Positions 28,348-40,623 are shown, counted from the first letter of the stretch. The stretch: 64,000 nt of DNA from Asterias rubens (GCF_902459465.1 NC_047081.1:10354001-10418000), one strand, 5' to 3'. The notes: generated from the letters alone by a model not told the origin. A program made the numbers and translations.

Positions 28348-30948
28348 ATTTGGTGTCCTTAATTGTTCTCTTGGTTTCTTTTTGCAAGTGGTAGTGTCCC
28401 AAAACATGTATTCCGAAAATATAATCTCGTCAGGGTGGAAGTGCAAATTGGCAGATCCCTGGTGTTAACTGGTGAAAACATTACTTGGCCAGTTACCTTG
28501 TTTTTATAGAGCATCGTAAAAAATTATCCACAGGGATTTAATGGATGCCATATTTTCTTTGCAATTCTGGCAATATTATCTTAGGCGTCTTGTCTTTATT
28601 GATCTAAAATCAAGCTCAATATTTTAAGAAAATATTTCATTCCTGGTTCGTAGGCCGTGTAGAGTTTGGATATTTTTTATTTTGGTGTGGCCCGATTGCC
28701 TGCGAGGAATAAACCTTATTTCCGAACATTTCTTCAACCGGTACCCCGTTTTGGTCGCTTGAATTTGATCAGCAACATTAAACAAGCGATGTGATTAATG
28801 GGCCCGGACAGATTACTCAGCTGGTGACCGGGGGGCTCAATTAACCTATTACATTACCAGGGTACGGAGCGGGAAGATTTTTTTGCGGCTCGGCTGGCCT
28901 GACGGTTGTTTAGCTTGATTGAATCAGTAGCTTGCGCAGTGACTCGTCGGAGCTGTGTGTGCGCAAGAGGAAGATGGGCTGAAAAAAGTCAAATTTAATT
29001 GTCAACAAGAACCTCGGTAGGTGTGAGGAAAACGGGTGGGAATCAACATATTCTCGGCCGTGGGTATGTAGTGAGAAAAAATTGTGAAGCGTGAATAAGA
29101 GAAGTGGTTATTAAATTAACGCGTCTGGTGGAGGAAGATGTCTCTCTGTATTTTGGGAATTAAGTTAAAGGCGAAAAACACGGCTGTTGAGTGACGAATG
29201 CGGAAACACGTTTGTTTTCAGTTTGGCATAATGAATAAAACCTGAAAAAATGTTTGTTTTCAATTTGGCATAATTATGAATTAATTGGAGTGATAAACTC
29301 AGTTGCAAAGAGCGGAGTTAATTTCTGTTAGTAATTTTTTTTAAAGATGAAGTATTAGAAATTGACGGAAGAAGAGTTGTGGCAAGCTGGTGGAATTGTT
29401 TTATTAACAAATGTTTTAATAGCAAAAATTGCGTGTACTTTGCAGTAACAAAGTCAAAACATCTACAATGTCTTGTGTTAAAAATTTTGCCGGAAGACAA
29501 TTTGTGGTAAAAAAAATCCATTAATTTTTTGTACATTGGGAAAATTGCTTTTATACTACAGTAACAAAGTCAAAACATCTTGTCATTCAGCCAGCTCATC
29601 AAAATGTTTCTGCAGTGGAAAATTTCAGCAGAAACCCAGCTGGTTCAAAAGATTTCTATCCGGATTATGTATCCTAAAGGAATTAATTGACAGGCAGAGC
29701 CGAAATAATCCTGGCTCCATAGGCAGCTGGTTTTACATCAAGCCATAGATGTTGATCCAAAGCTAAGCACCTGCCAATATGAATTTGTTTTTTTTATAAA
29801 GACGGAGATGGTTGTATTCGACTCTGATTATTCGATCCACCTGCTGCATTGATGATAAAATACCAGGCAAAAGTTAAATGTTAGTTGATATAAAGCATGT
29901 AACAACATCCTTAAAGATGCTCTTATTTTCAATATGGATGTTAACATCCGTCCAGCCCCATTTCTTTTATTAAGGATGGGATTTGTTAAGTTCTGAAATC
30001 CAGCTGATGTGAGACTGAAGTCCACAGCGTTTCTGAAACTGGATTATATGCATTTATGCATGGTATTACAGAAATGGATGAATCGGTGATAATGTGCCAT
30101 TACAAAACTCTGCATCTGGAGTGTTTGGTCAATATGCATGAGCAGCGGGTACGTCTTGTACTTGTCTTTAATGTATACTGCAAGAGCTGTGAAGGTGCCC
30201 ATTAAAGTGAGGCTGTTGCTTTTATTGCCAGCGGAAAGAGTGCAACAGACGTCGCTTGCCGCCACTTGTAATCAATTCAGTTGTAAAACATTTGTACGTT
30301 TCTTTTATAAAGCAGGCATGAAACATTTGATTTCTCCCCTCATATCATGTTTTCAGTTTCATAAAAAAATAAAAATTGGTAACTTACGCAGTTTCTTCAC
30401 CACCCCCCCCCCCAGCCTTTTGGCGGTTGCATGTCCAAATGTAATGGAATACTGCTCTCTTAAGATATTTACAAATCAATAAGTTGATTGAAGTAAAACA
30501 TATTGCACCCAAAACACTGTGATGGATAATAACCTTGTCAATCAACTGTAATTCTATAACCAAGTTTATAAAACGCTGTCATGCCTGCCCTTTAAGCAGC
30601 AAGTTGTGCTGTGTTTAGCTTTCCAAAAAAGGAGCAAGTGGCGTCAAGTCCGTCTCTAGTGCAGATCCCCCTAGGCAGACAAACTAAACTCGCTAGCGTG
30701 CTTGTATTTTAAGTGCTAGCATTTAGAGTACATCACCACAGACTAGGTTGATCAGAAGCTGGCTTGAATGTTGTGTAGTTTTACTGGACCTGGGACAGTT
30801 TGCCCCGGAGTCTTAAAATATCTACAAGACTCCGCTGACAACCTGAAAGGGCTCCACAAGCCATTTTGATGTATGGTTGTCGCATCGATGCTGCACTAGT
30901 TGGTTTGGGTAACATTGTCTGTACTCACCCAATCCAAACAGTGCACTC

Positions 30949-31082
30949 TTAGGCCGAGTCTGAAACAACGACTTCGGCTAGAGCTCGGGCTGGTTCCGTG
31001 CGTCTGCCTATACGTCAACACTGGCAGACGCCCTGATCTAGCCGTAGCTGTAGCCAAAGTTGTCGTTTTTACACGGCCTTAG
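30949..31082. mobile_element. Palindromic ~135-bp MITE family G
   Basis: gacttcggcta...gcgtctgccta...actggcagacg...tagccgtagctgtagcc; second copy at 42703-42833. Confidence 0.75.
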
Positions 31083-31229
31083 AGGTGTCCATCATACTTT
31101 AAAAAGGGTAATGCCAATATCGTCGTCGTAATAATTTTGCGGTGTTTTTTGTTATTGTTGTAAAAAAATCCCTGAATATTTTGTTTTCATTTTGGTTTTG
31201 CTTTGCTTGCATTTAACTATTTGTTGCAG

Positions 31230-31334
31230 TGGCACTACGATGAAGTCACAGCTGTTTACTTTTTACTTCTCAACAACCACGTTAGAGGGTGTAAGATCAA
31301 GCTCCCTCCGAGGACTAGACCCCTTGGGGAAAAG
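31230..31334 (+). CDS. MELK: MELK exon 10, UBA C-part (WHYDEVTAVYFLLLNNHVRGCKIKLPPRTRPLGEK)
   Basis: W.YD..TA.Y.LLL motif; 105 nt. Confidence 0.94.
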
Positions 31335-31890
31335 GTAAAAAAATCACCCCTCGGGAATTTAGAAATAAATGTTGGTGAGAAGAAAGGATTGGCAAGGATG
31401 TGTCATATAGGATATACGCCTCTCTTAATATTTATGCATGAGTAGTACCAAGTAGTTTTAAAAACTAAGAGGGATAGTGTATTGCTCTTGGTAAGAATTT
31501 GAGCTTTATAGAAAAAGAAAAAAAAGTTTAGGTATTAAAGTGGATGATACTCCGTTCCACACGTCATCGATAGAACACCAGTCAAAAATAAGGTACATAA
31601 AAATGGCTTAAAAGGTAATTGATGTTGTCAGACACAGCTGATGTGAAATTGCATGGCAAGTTGAAATTTAAAGCAAAAGCATTTTGATTAAGCCCAACAG
31701 CATGATTTCCTGTGTTTATAAATGCCATGGCAACTGTCGAATGGCTGTCTATTGATATTGATGTACCCCAGCTTCAACCTTTCATGTACCATTGTATCTT
31801 CCTCCAACCCGCCCTACCCACATAACAGTTAAACTTTTAATACTTCATGTTTGTTTTATAATTGTTCCCTCCTCATGGTACCCACCATAG

Positions 31891-32408
31891 GTTCACCATG
31901 CAAATTTAACGACGAACCATCACCACCACCACCCTGCCCACCTTGAACTCCCGACAAGCTCCCCGTACGGATTTTCCTCAATGGAGGACGGACTTGAGAA
32001 TATCGAGGCTTACAGCTACTCGTCTTCAAGGCAAGATCGCCGGCACTCTGCAGACTGCACCCATTCAATAAAAACAGCACACATGAAGAACGTGTACCAG
32101 GGAACGTACGTGACGCCTTATAATCCGGAGCAAGGGAGTTTGAGACAACAGTACAACTCCGGTAAGGAGAACCTCTATGACTTTGATGACTTTGTCAAGC
32201 CATCCGGTTTGCCCTTAAAGACTCCCATACGGAACAGAAGTAAGAGTGACGCTAAGGAAAGTGCTAGGAAGAGAGCAGCACAGAAATCCCCGATGAAGAC
32301 TCCTGTAGTGCCAACGTTATCGCTGCCGGTACCGGTTGTGTCGTCAGCAAAGTCAATGGATAATAATTTGCACTTGCTACATATTGATCCCCTTAGTCCG
32401 GATAAGAG
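31891..32408 (+). CDS. MELK: MELK exon 11, TP/SP-rich regulatory region (VHHANLTTNHHHHHPAH...LSPDKR)
   Basis: ccatag| acceptor is in frame with ORF 31981-32412; AG|gtgagt donor in phase 2 matches exon 12. The 5' boundary is less certain. Confidence 0.85.
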
Positions 32409-33916
32409 GTGAGTTAAAAAGTAGGACAGTTCTTTTCAGAACTGAGCAGTCTCCCGAATTCCGAAAATCTACTCCGCGGTAAAGCAAGACAAGTTCTCAG
32501 AAGCATGTAGTCTACCTGGCAAATAGATACACACATGGTGTTACCGCAAACCAAATATATATTGTTACCTCACCATGCAATGCCTCAAATCCTCCATATA
32601 CACTGTAAGAGGTGAGTGACCAATGTCCAAATTGTCCTCTGGGTCTCCACACTGGAAGATGGAGGGCAACTTTTTTATGTAGTTTTGTTTCTTTCTTTTT
32701 TCGGGGGGAGGGAGGGGGTTGGCTGAAAATGGGTAAGTTCTACAGGCAATTTGTCTCATGATTATCATTATCACACTGAAAGAAGGAGGGCAATTTTTCA
32801 ATGTGGTTTTGTTTCTTTTTAATTCGGGAGAGGGAGGGAAATTTTTTCCCAGAATTATCAAAGATGGCCTCCTGTTCAGGCATTCATAACAATTGAACTT
32901 TCTTTTGATATGAGGAAAAAAAAAAAAAAAATGCATGACAAACTAGACAGGCATCTTTAAGCTAAACTGCACTTCTCATCAGACATTAATGCATTTAAGG
33001 AAATGTGTTATCTTCAATCTGCAGACGCCAATAATATAAGTAATTTTTCACCATGGTTTTTAAAATATTCACCAGGAGGCATGTTCAACACCAAGTAAAC
33101 AAGTACGATCACATCGAAGTTGTATAATCCATGCTGGTGTACGTCCATTTCACTCCCCCCCCCCCCCTTCCAGCAATCATGTACCTCCTTCTCAACCATG
33201 AAATTACATTTGATATGGATTTCCCTCAAGGCCAGTGCATACCTCACTCAGACGTGAAGTGAATTGTGACATAACACATGCATTAGAGGGGTTTAAACCA
33301 ATGTCAACTTGGAGGTGGTTGCAAATTTACAGTTGGTAGAATTCGGCTCTGCATTCGGGATTTGGCGTCTAGGGAATGAAGAATATTGACATAGAACATG
33401 CATTGTAGAGGGTTTAAACCACTGTCAACTTTGAGATGGTCACATGTATATAGTTTGCCAAACTCGGTTCTGCCGTCAGTATGGCGCAGAAGGTGTTGAG
33501 AAGCTGTCAAAATGCAAAGCCTTGACAAATGTTGATAATCTTTAAACAAGGAAGTTTCTGCTTTTAATCAAAATCCTTCAGCAAAATCTCAACGCCTACA
33601 TAAGTCCTCCCCAGACAGATTGTTTTGCCTGACCTCTCATCCCACTCACGCTGTTGCGGTTGGTAAAGAGAGAATACCGAAACAAATTCTCATGTATAGA
33701 TCACATCTCTGTGCGAGTATCAATTTAGATCGAATATTCCTAAAGCTTTAGTGAAAGCATTGCCTCCAACTGGATAAACTCTAGTCGCTCAGGATTAGGC
33801 TACCTACGACCGACGTAGTCTAAAGCCACTGTTTTGTTTTTGACGGGGAGAATCAATGGCATTTGACATTTGGGAAGTTTTAAATTGTAATTGTTCTGTA
33901 TATTTTTTTTTTTCAG

Positions 33917-34109
33917 AGCGGTGTCCATGGAGGATTCATTAGACATTGATCCTGAAGGTATTCAGAGAAACCATCTTCGCAAGTCCAGTCTCGGCGGCTC
34001 TGCTAAGAAGATCTTCGGCAGTTTTGAGAAGGGGCTGGATAAGGTCAAAGACTTCTTGACACCAAGGAAGTGGTCTATCCCTAGCCATGATGAACCAAGG
34101 AAAGTCAAG
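33917..34109 (+). CDS. MELK: MELK exon 12 (RAVSMEDS...KKIFGSFEKGLDKVKDFLTPRK...PRKVK)
   Basis: Conserved FGS.E.GLDKV motif; phases fit both neighbours. Confidence 0.95.
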
Positions 34110-35445
34110 GTAAAGGTCATTTGCATGAATTCATTGCTTTTCTAAAAGCGAATTGTTTTGTCATAAAAGCAAGGAGACCCAGTGGCTCTACTGGGGGGCA
34201 GAGCTGACATTTTGTCTGAAGAGGTGGTTCTGTGACATAAAAACATTAGAGTTCTAGCAAACTAGCCTCCACAAATTGATTACCAAAAGCAAAAGTACCT
34301 TAAAAGTACCTTGTCAAAATAGGCATGCCGTAAACAAAGCCTAAAGCCTGGTTCATACCGGATTTTGACGTCACATGGCTGTTTTCGCAGCGAATGTTTC
34401 ACAGGAGCACAAGTAAACTGATGTGAATTATTCGTTGCGAATTTGTGACGTCAAATGGAAGGGGCCCATTGGCTCTACTAAGAGGCAGGGCTGACCTTTT
34501 TTTTGAAGAGGTGGTTCTAGGGCACAACAACGCTAACATTCTAGCACCTCCACTCAAAGCCAAACAGATTCCCCTCCCCCTCCAAATTATCTTCCAGGGG
34601 ATACTGTTTTGAGACAATTGTCTCAAGTGATCCATATATTGAATCTCTTGGCACAGTTTTGGAAGTCAACAACTCTTCAAAAGTAATTTGGCACCCTTTC
34701 CCATCCTCTCAAAAAGTACAACTAATGAATATTTCATGGTTTCTATGAGACGTTCGTTTTCATCGACCAATTTAACCCAGGGCTACTACGTACATCGTCA
34801 TCATCTTGTGGATGGCACACAGTGGAAATATACCGCCTTATGGAACACTATCATCTTGGTGGCAAATCTTAAAGACGTCTTAGCTTTATTATCTATATTC
34901 TTCCCTTTGAGATGTGATTGATTACGTAAATCTTTGATCGTGTTGACTAAAAAAGATTTCAAACCCGTGAGGCTTTTTCAATTTGGCACTTAAACATTCG
35001 GTATAATCCTCAAATTAAGATGGTTTAATTACTTTTAGAGAGACGGAATAACTCCAATGACAAATAAAACTAAACAAATTAAGAACAGTGTACTCCAGAG
35101 AGAAGGAATCTTCTACGATAAGACAGTTTAAGTGTAAAGCTGTTTATCTGGGCATCCATTTTCTTGTTTTAGTCATCTTTATTATGTTCCTGAAACACAC
35201 AGTAATGACACTGGTAACATCTGAAGGGGCCCGACTCTTTCCCCTTGTGCCCTCATTTTTTGTCTGGAGAACACACATACCGAGTGGAAATTACTGTACC
35301 ACAGGGTTTGTTGGTAATAAAGATTAAGTACACAAGCGGAAGTCCAAAAGGTTCTTTTGCTTTTTATGATGACTTACTGTTGGATATATTTTTTGCACTC
35401 CAAATGTCAAATATACCGGTACACTTACTAGTGGAAGAAAGGTAC

Positions 35446-35832
35446 TTAAAGACACTAGACACTATTGGTAATTGTGAAAGACCAGTCTTCTCACTTCGTG
35501 TATCTCAACATATGCATAAAATAATAAACCTGTGAAAATTTGAGCTCAATTGGATGTGAAGTTGCGAGATAATAATGAAAGAAAAAACACCCTTGTCACA
35601 TGAAGTTGTGTGCTTTCAGATGCTTGATTTCAAGACCTCAAAATCTAATTTGGAGGTCTCGAAATCAAATTCGTGGAAATTTACTTCTTTCTCTAAACCT
35701 ACGTTTCTTCAGAGGGAGCCGTTTCTCACAATATCTTATACTATCAACAGCTCTCCATTACTCGTTACCAACTGGCAAGTAAGTTTTTATGCTAAATTTT
35801 GAGTAATTACCAATAGTGTCCACTGCCTTTAA
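35446..35832 (-). mobile_element. MITE family A copy (inverted)
   Basis: TTAA at both ends; internal sequence is the reverse complement of the 9016 copy. Confidence 0.85.
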
Positions 35833-36443
35833 TGTGTTTTCATCAGTGATACTTGCACACTTGACTTATCTCTAATCCTTTAACTAGGATTAGTGGGTGG
35901 CACCTTAATACAGATTAACCTGATTTCTGAAGAAAACTCTCTAAAGTGGGTGGTTCAGAGGTTTAAGGCTGAAGGGATTAATTCTGGAACATAATCAGTA
36001 ATATGAGATCATTTTACGATGGTATTATTGTGGAAGATAGAGGGCGCTATGTGTCTTTTCCCTTGTGAAAATATTCAAATTAAAGGGATGGACCAGAACA
36101 TGTGTCCCAATGTAAAGGCAAATGGGTAAAGGATCCTGACACTGTAGTTTTTTTATATTTCTGTTGGATTTCATGACTTGAAAAATAACACTCAAGGCGT
36201 GATACCACACAGGCAAATTGCCTCCATGCGCATGGTCATTGCCTTGGTGCCTTTGGTCATCGCTCGGTGCCCCATGAAGTGTTTCAGGAACAATTTACAT
36301 TTTCCTCAGGGATGATAAAGTTCAGACTTTTAACTGATTTCAGACTATTTCTTGTCTGCCTTTTTTGTTCTCCCCAATTATCTCCAGATCACAGTCAAGT
36401 TTTTTTGCTTTAATAATGGTGTTCTACCTCTCTTTTTTCACAG

Positions 36444-36550
36444 GCGTTGTATAACGTTTCAACGACATCAACACTACCTGCCGACAAAGTCATAGAGATC
36501 ATGTATGAAGCAGTGTGCAAAAGTGAAATCACTGTCTGTAAGCAAAAAGG
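36444..36550 (+). CDS. MELK: MELK exon 13, KA1 N-part (ALYNVSTTSTLPADKVIE...KQKG)
   Basis: YNV.TT motif; GG|gtaagg donor, phase 2. Confidence 0.95.
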
Positions 36551-37181
36551 GTAAGGACTCCCCGTGCATTTCTTAGATTAAAAAAAAAAAAATTATTTAA
36601 TGAGATTTCCCCCAACTCACAAGGCTGGACAGCCACTTCACAGTGACGGCACCACATAACTGATTGGGGCTATCGACCCAAATCAACTACCACCAGGACC
36701 AGGGACATGTTGCCCACTCCTGGGCTGAAACAGGGTTACCCCTTCACAGTCTGTAAGGATGTTGACATGGTATCATCCACTAGTAGCCTGGTCGAGCAGA
36801 ATGCACTACCTTCCCAACTATTCAGGAAGCAACTATGGTTGAATGCCTTGCTCAAGGGCACAAGTGTCATGACCGACAAGGGGTGAAGGAAAAGGGGTAA
36901 AGGATAAGGGGTGAAATCCTCGTCCAAGCTACACCGGCAACTATCATGGCAATTATATCAATCTCAAACTACTTATCTATCTGTTTGATGGTTACAGGTT
37001 CAAATTACATTGCATCAAGCATTTTTCCATATTCACAAACTGACCTCCAACACCTCTCTCAAACTACTTGTCTATCTCTTTGATGGTGACAGGTTCACAT
37101 TACATTTTATAAAACATTTTTCCCCCTACACTTGCTGGACCTCTATTTAAAACTACTTGTCTATCTCTTTGATGGTTACAG

Positions 37182-37359
37182 GTTCACGTTACGCTGCAAA
37201 AAGCAAGACTTCAAAGGACGAACCACACTCTCGTTTGATTTGGAGATCTGTCGCTTACCCAACATGGACCTTATCGGAATCAGAAGACAGAGACTCAAGG
37301 GGGACACCTGGGAGTTCAAGAGAGTCTCGCAAAAAATCATGGACTTAGCCAAACTTTAG
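37182..37359 (+). CDS. MELK: MELK terminal exon, KA1 C-part (FTLRCKKQDFKGRTTLSFDLEICRL...GIRRQRLKGDTWEFKRVSQKIMDLAKL*)
   Basis: Canonical KA1 end; TAG at 37357-37359. Confidence 0.97.
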
Positions 37360-37395
37360 ATCCTTTTTAACCAAATCTAATTTTTTTAACCTAAA

Positions 37396-37424
37396 TTTTA
37401 TTTAATTTTTTTAATTTTAATAAA
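37396..37424 (+). promoter_or_regulatory. Proximal poly(A) signal AATAAA (37419-37424) with adjacent U-rich CPE-like motifs
   Basis: TTTTAT 37396-37401, TTTTTTTAAT 37406-37415 and TTTTAAT 37415-37421, the last overlapping the hexamer. Confidence 0.55.
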
Positions 37425-37681
37425 ACGGATTTAAGAGTCCACCGAGATAAGTGTTCCCAGTAATCATGCACAACAGTAATGTATTGTATGTTCATTGACA
37501 ATTTTGCAAAATTTCTCAATATTTAAAGAGAGGGTACACTATAAAAAGTGATTAGTAAGAAGCACTGCAGCTGTTAAAAATTTAACATGTCGAGAAACGA
37601 TTCCCTTCATTCAAAGGTATGTGGTGTTTTTTTTTAGAGAAAGTGATTCTGCATGGAAACGTTTTTCAGATTGTGTGTTCC

Positions 37682-37829
37682 AATGGGAGACTTTGGAACG
37701 CTAGGTGGCAGCAGACTTACCTGGTAAATTTCCATTGTTTACGTAGTTCTAAGCATGGCACATTATCGAGAACAATGGATTTACCGGGTGAGTCTGCTGC
37801 CACCAAGCGTCTCAAAAGTCTCCCATTAC
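37682..37829. mobile_element. Palindromic MITE (~58-bp arms)
   Basis: aatgggagactttggaacgctaggtggcagcagacttacc... inverted against ...ggtgagtctgctgccaccaagcgtctcaaaagtctcccatt. Confidence 0.75.
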
Positions 37830-40023
37830 AGAGTATTCTTCCTGCATGGGGATGAACCGCTGGCGCCAGATATTCTGCAATATATCAAAAACGATGCTAC
37901 CTTTTAGATTTGTTGTTTGTAAAAGTTGATCGATGACTATACGCACAACAGATGTACAAAAATTCACATAAGGTTAGATTTTGCGGCTGAACAAAAATTG
38001 TTGCATTCTTTTGGTTCATTTAAAAACAATCTGCTTTGGTTGTATATATTTTTTGAGGAGCACAAAACATTGCAAGCTTGCATTCTGAATTTGTTTTCTT
38101 TTCCAAAGTTAAAGTTAAGAAGCATTCAAAGCATTCAATTATTTATATTATTTCAAAACTTTGGTTCACAAATTTCCCTGAATATCTTAAAGAGAATTTG
38201 ACCAAAGACTAAGAGATTTAAACTAATCTTGCACACTTCATAGATAAATATATAATGGAGCGTTGAGTTCGGCATGCTTTCAATTTTTGTGGGGGATTTT
38301 AAATTTATTTCTGCTATGAATTTTTAAATATTCGTTAGATGATTTGTATGTGGTTTTAAATGTAAATGCAACAAAAAATAGCCATTCTAGCTGCTTGATC
38401 TTATAACATTTATATTACTTTTTGAAAGTACTACCTTTTTTCACTTCTGTCTGATATTTTTCAACATTTTAATTATCTTTATTTGTTAGACGCTAAAAAC
38501 ACATGTTCTCCATCTGGTATGAGGCTATTTATAAGCAAAACTTGTATAAAAAGCACTAACTGTGTTTAAAAAATTATGATCCAATTTCATGGTCATGTAA
38601 CTATGGAGATATAGCTCTCAAAGAAATGGCACCATGAAGTGATATCTGGAAGAATTGAGGGAACAGGTTTTTTTTTTTTTTTTTTTAAAGTCCACTCAAA
38701 TTAATATCCAAAATCTCTTCATTTTATCAAAATTCTATATTGAAATAAGTAGTACATGAACATCTGAAATCCTGTCATTCATATTTCAACTGGATATCAA
38801 TTCAACTTGGGATTGTTTCTCAACAGTGAAGACGGGATTAGTTCTGGATGTTGTTTTTAACAATCAGGTACTTCCCGTAAACCAGTCCTCAGTTAGGATT
38901 TTGTGAAATCAATTTCATTTAAAAAACTTAAGGCTAGTCCTAAGTTAGGATGAGTAACTAACTCGAGAGAAGACTAGTCTTCACCACCCCAGGTCTACCG
39001 GCCATATTTTTACCGTTTCATTGTCCATTAAGCATCGGTTTTGTTCTTCTTCTTTTTTTCTACATCTATTTACATTGTATAGATTTTTATTTAAGTCATG
39101 CTTTGGGGAATGTTGTTGACGTCATTTTGGATGCATTTTGAGATAGTACACTGAATCTTTGCACTTCCTCATTGAAACACCTATGCGGACACAGCACACG
39201 ACTGTAGCAGTGTGAATCTTTTATAACACTGCACCAAGTTTGAAATCCGCGCAATCAATGCAATAACCCTTTCTTTTGTTGATAAACAAACCGCCTTGGT
39301 TGGCATGGTCGGCCGAATGTTAGTAAAACACTAAATCTTAAAAACATGTTTTAACCAAATTCAGCATTTTCTGCAAATTTTCAATTAAATAAAATACCTC
39401 TCACAATTATTTGTTTTGGTGTTAACAAAATCAACAAATTTGGTTACATTGTTACAAAAAATAGCGATCTTTTCTTAATTTGCACTTACGGCTTTCCATA
39501 GTTTTCCAATCTGGCTTGGCAAAAACTCGGGCTGTGACGTTGCAAAAGAAAGGTCTATAACCCTCAGACAGTGAGCGGTAGTATTTGGTCATATGGGCCC
39601 AATTTCATAGCGCTGCTTAACGGTAAGCACAATTTTCGTGCTTACTGTAACAGAAAAAATTTGCTACGGTGTAAGTGTTTTTCACAGGTTAGGAAGAAAA
39701 TTAGGCGGCCATCTTGCACGTTCACCATGGATTTGCGTAGCTACATCATTCCCTAGAAGACGATCAGAGCATACTGATCGAAACGTCGAGTTAAACCAAC
39801 GGTTCTTTTCAGAACCACCCCAACTCATTTAGAGATAGTCATTACATGGTGTTACTGCAAACTCTTCTATATCTTATTTCCACCATGCAAAGTTTCAAAT
39901 CCTACATAGCTACATCATTAATTTTCATACAGTAAGCACTGGAAGGTTAGCATGCCTCTTTGTGTGCTTGCGGTTAGCATTCACTTTGAAATGGAAATCG
40001 CACCGTAAGCACAATTTCGGCCG

Positions 40024-40397
40024 TTAAAGCCATTGGACCCTTTCGGTACAGAAAAAAAAAAAAAAGTTCATAGATTTACAAATAATTTACAGGGTTTACA
40101 GAAGGTAATGGTGAAAGACTTCTCTTGAAATATTAGTCCATGAAATGCTTTACTTTTTGAGAAAACGATAAAACAATATGGATTCTCGTTAGCAAGAATT
40201 ACGGATTTGTTATAAACACATGTCATGACACGGCGAAACGCACGAAAACAGGAGTGGGTTTTCCCGTTATTTTCTCCCGACTCTGATGTCCGATTGAGCC
40301 TAAATTTCCACAGGATTGTTATTTTATATATAAGTTGTGATACATGAAGTGTGGGACTTGGACAATACTGTTTACCGAAAGTGTATAATGGCTTTAA
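40024..40397 (+). mobile_element. MITE family B, TTAA-flanked (ttaa|agccatt...aatggct|ttaa)
   Basis: Near-identical copy at 46118-46479; diverged partial at ~18480-18770. Confidence 0.88.
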
Positions 40398-40623
40398 GCA
40401 GCTCTGTGAAATTGGGCCCTGGTGTGCTAAGAGTGTATACAACTATTAATCTATGCAAATTATGTAAAAAATTAACTCCATGTCTTTTTGTATTGACCGA
40501 AACTATTGCCTGATTACAAGGAAGGACTGTTTCTTACAGACGGAGACAGAGGAACCATCTTTCCATCTTGAAGACATTCTTGACAAGTTTCTATAAAAAT
40601 CTACTGTGAATGTTTACTACATT

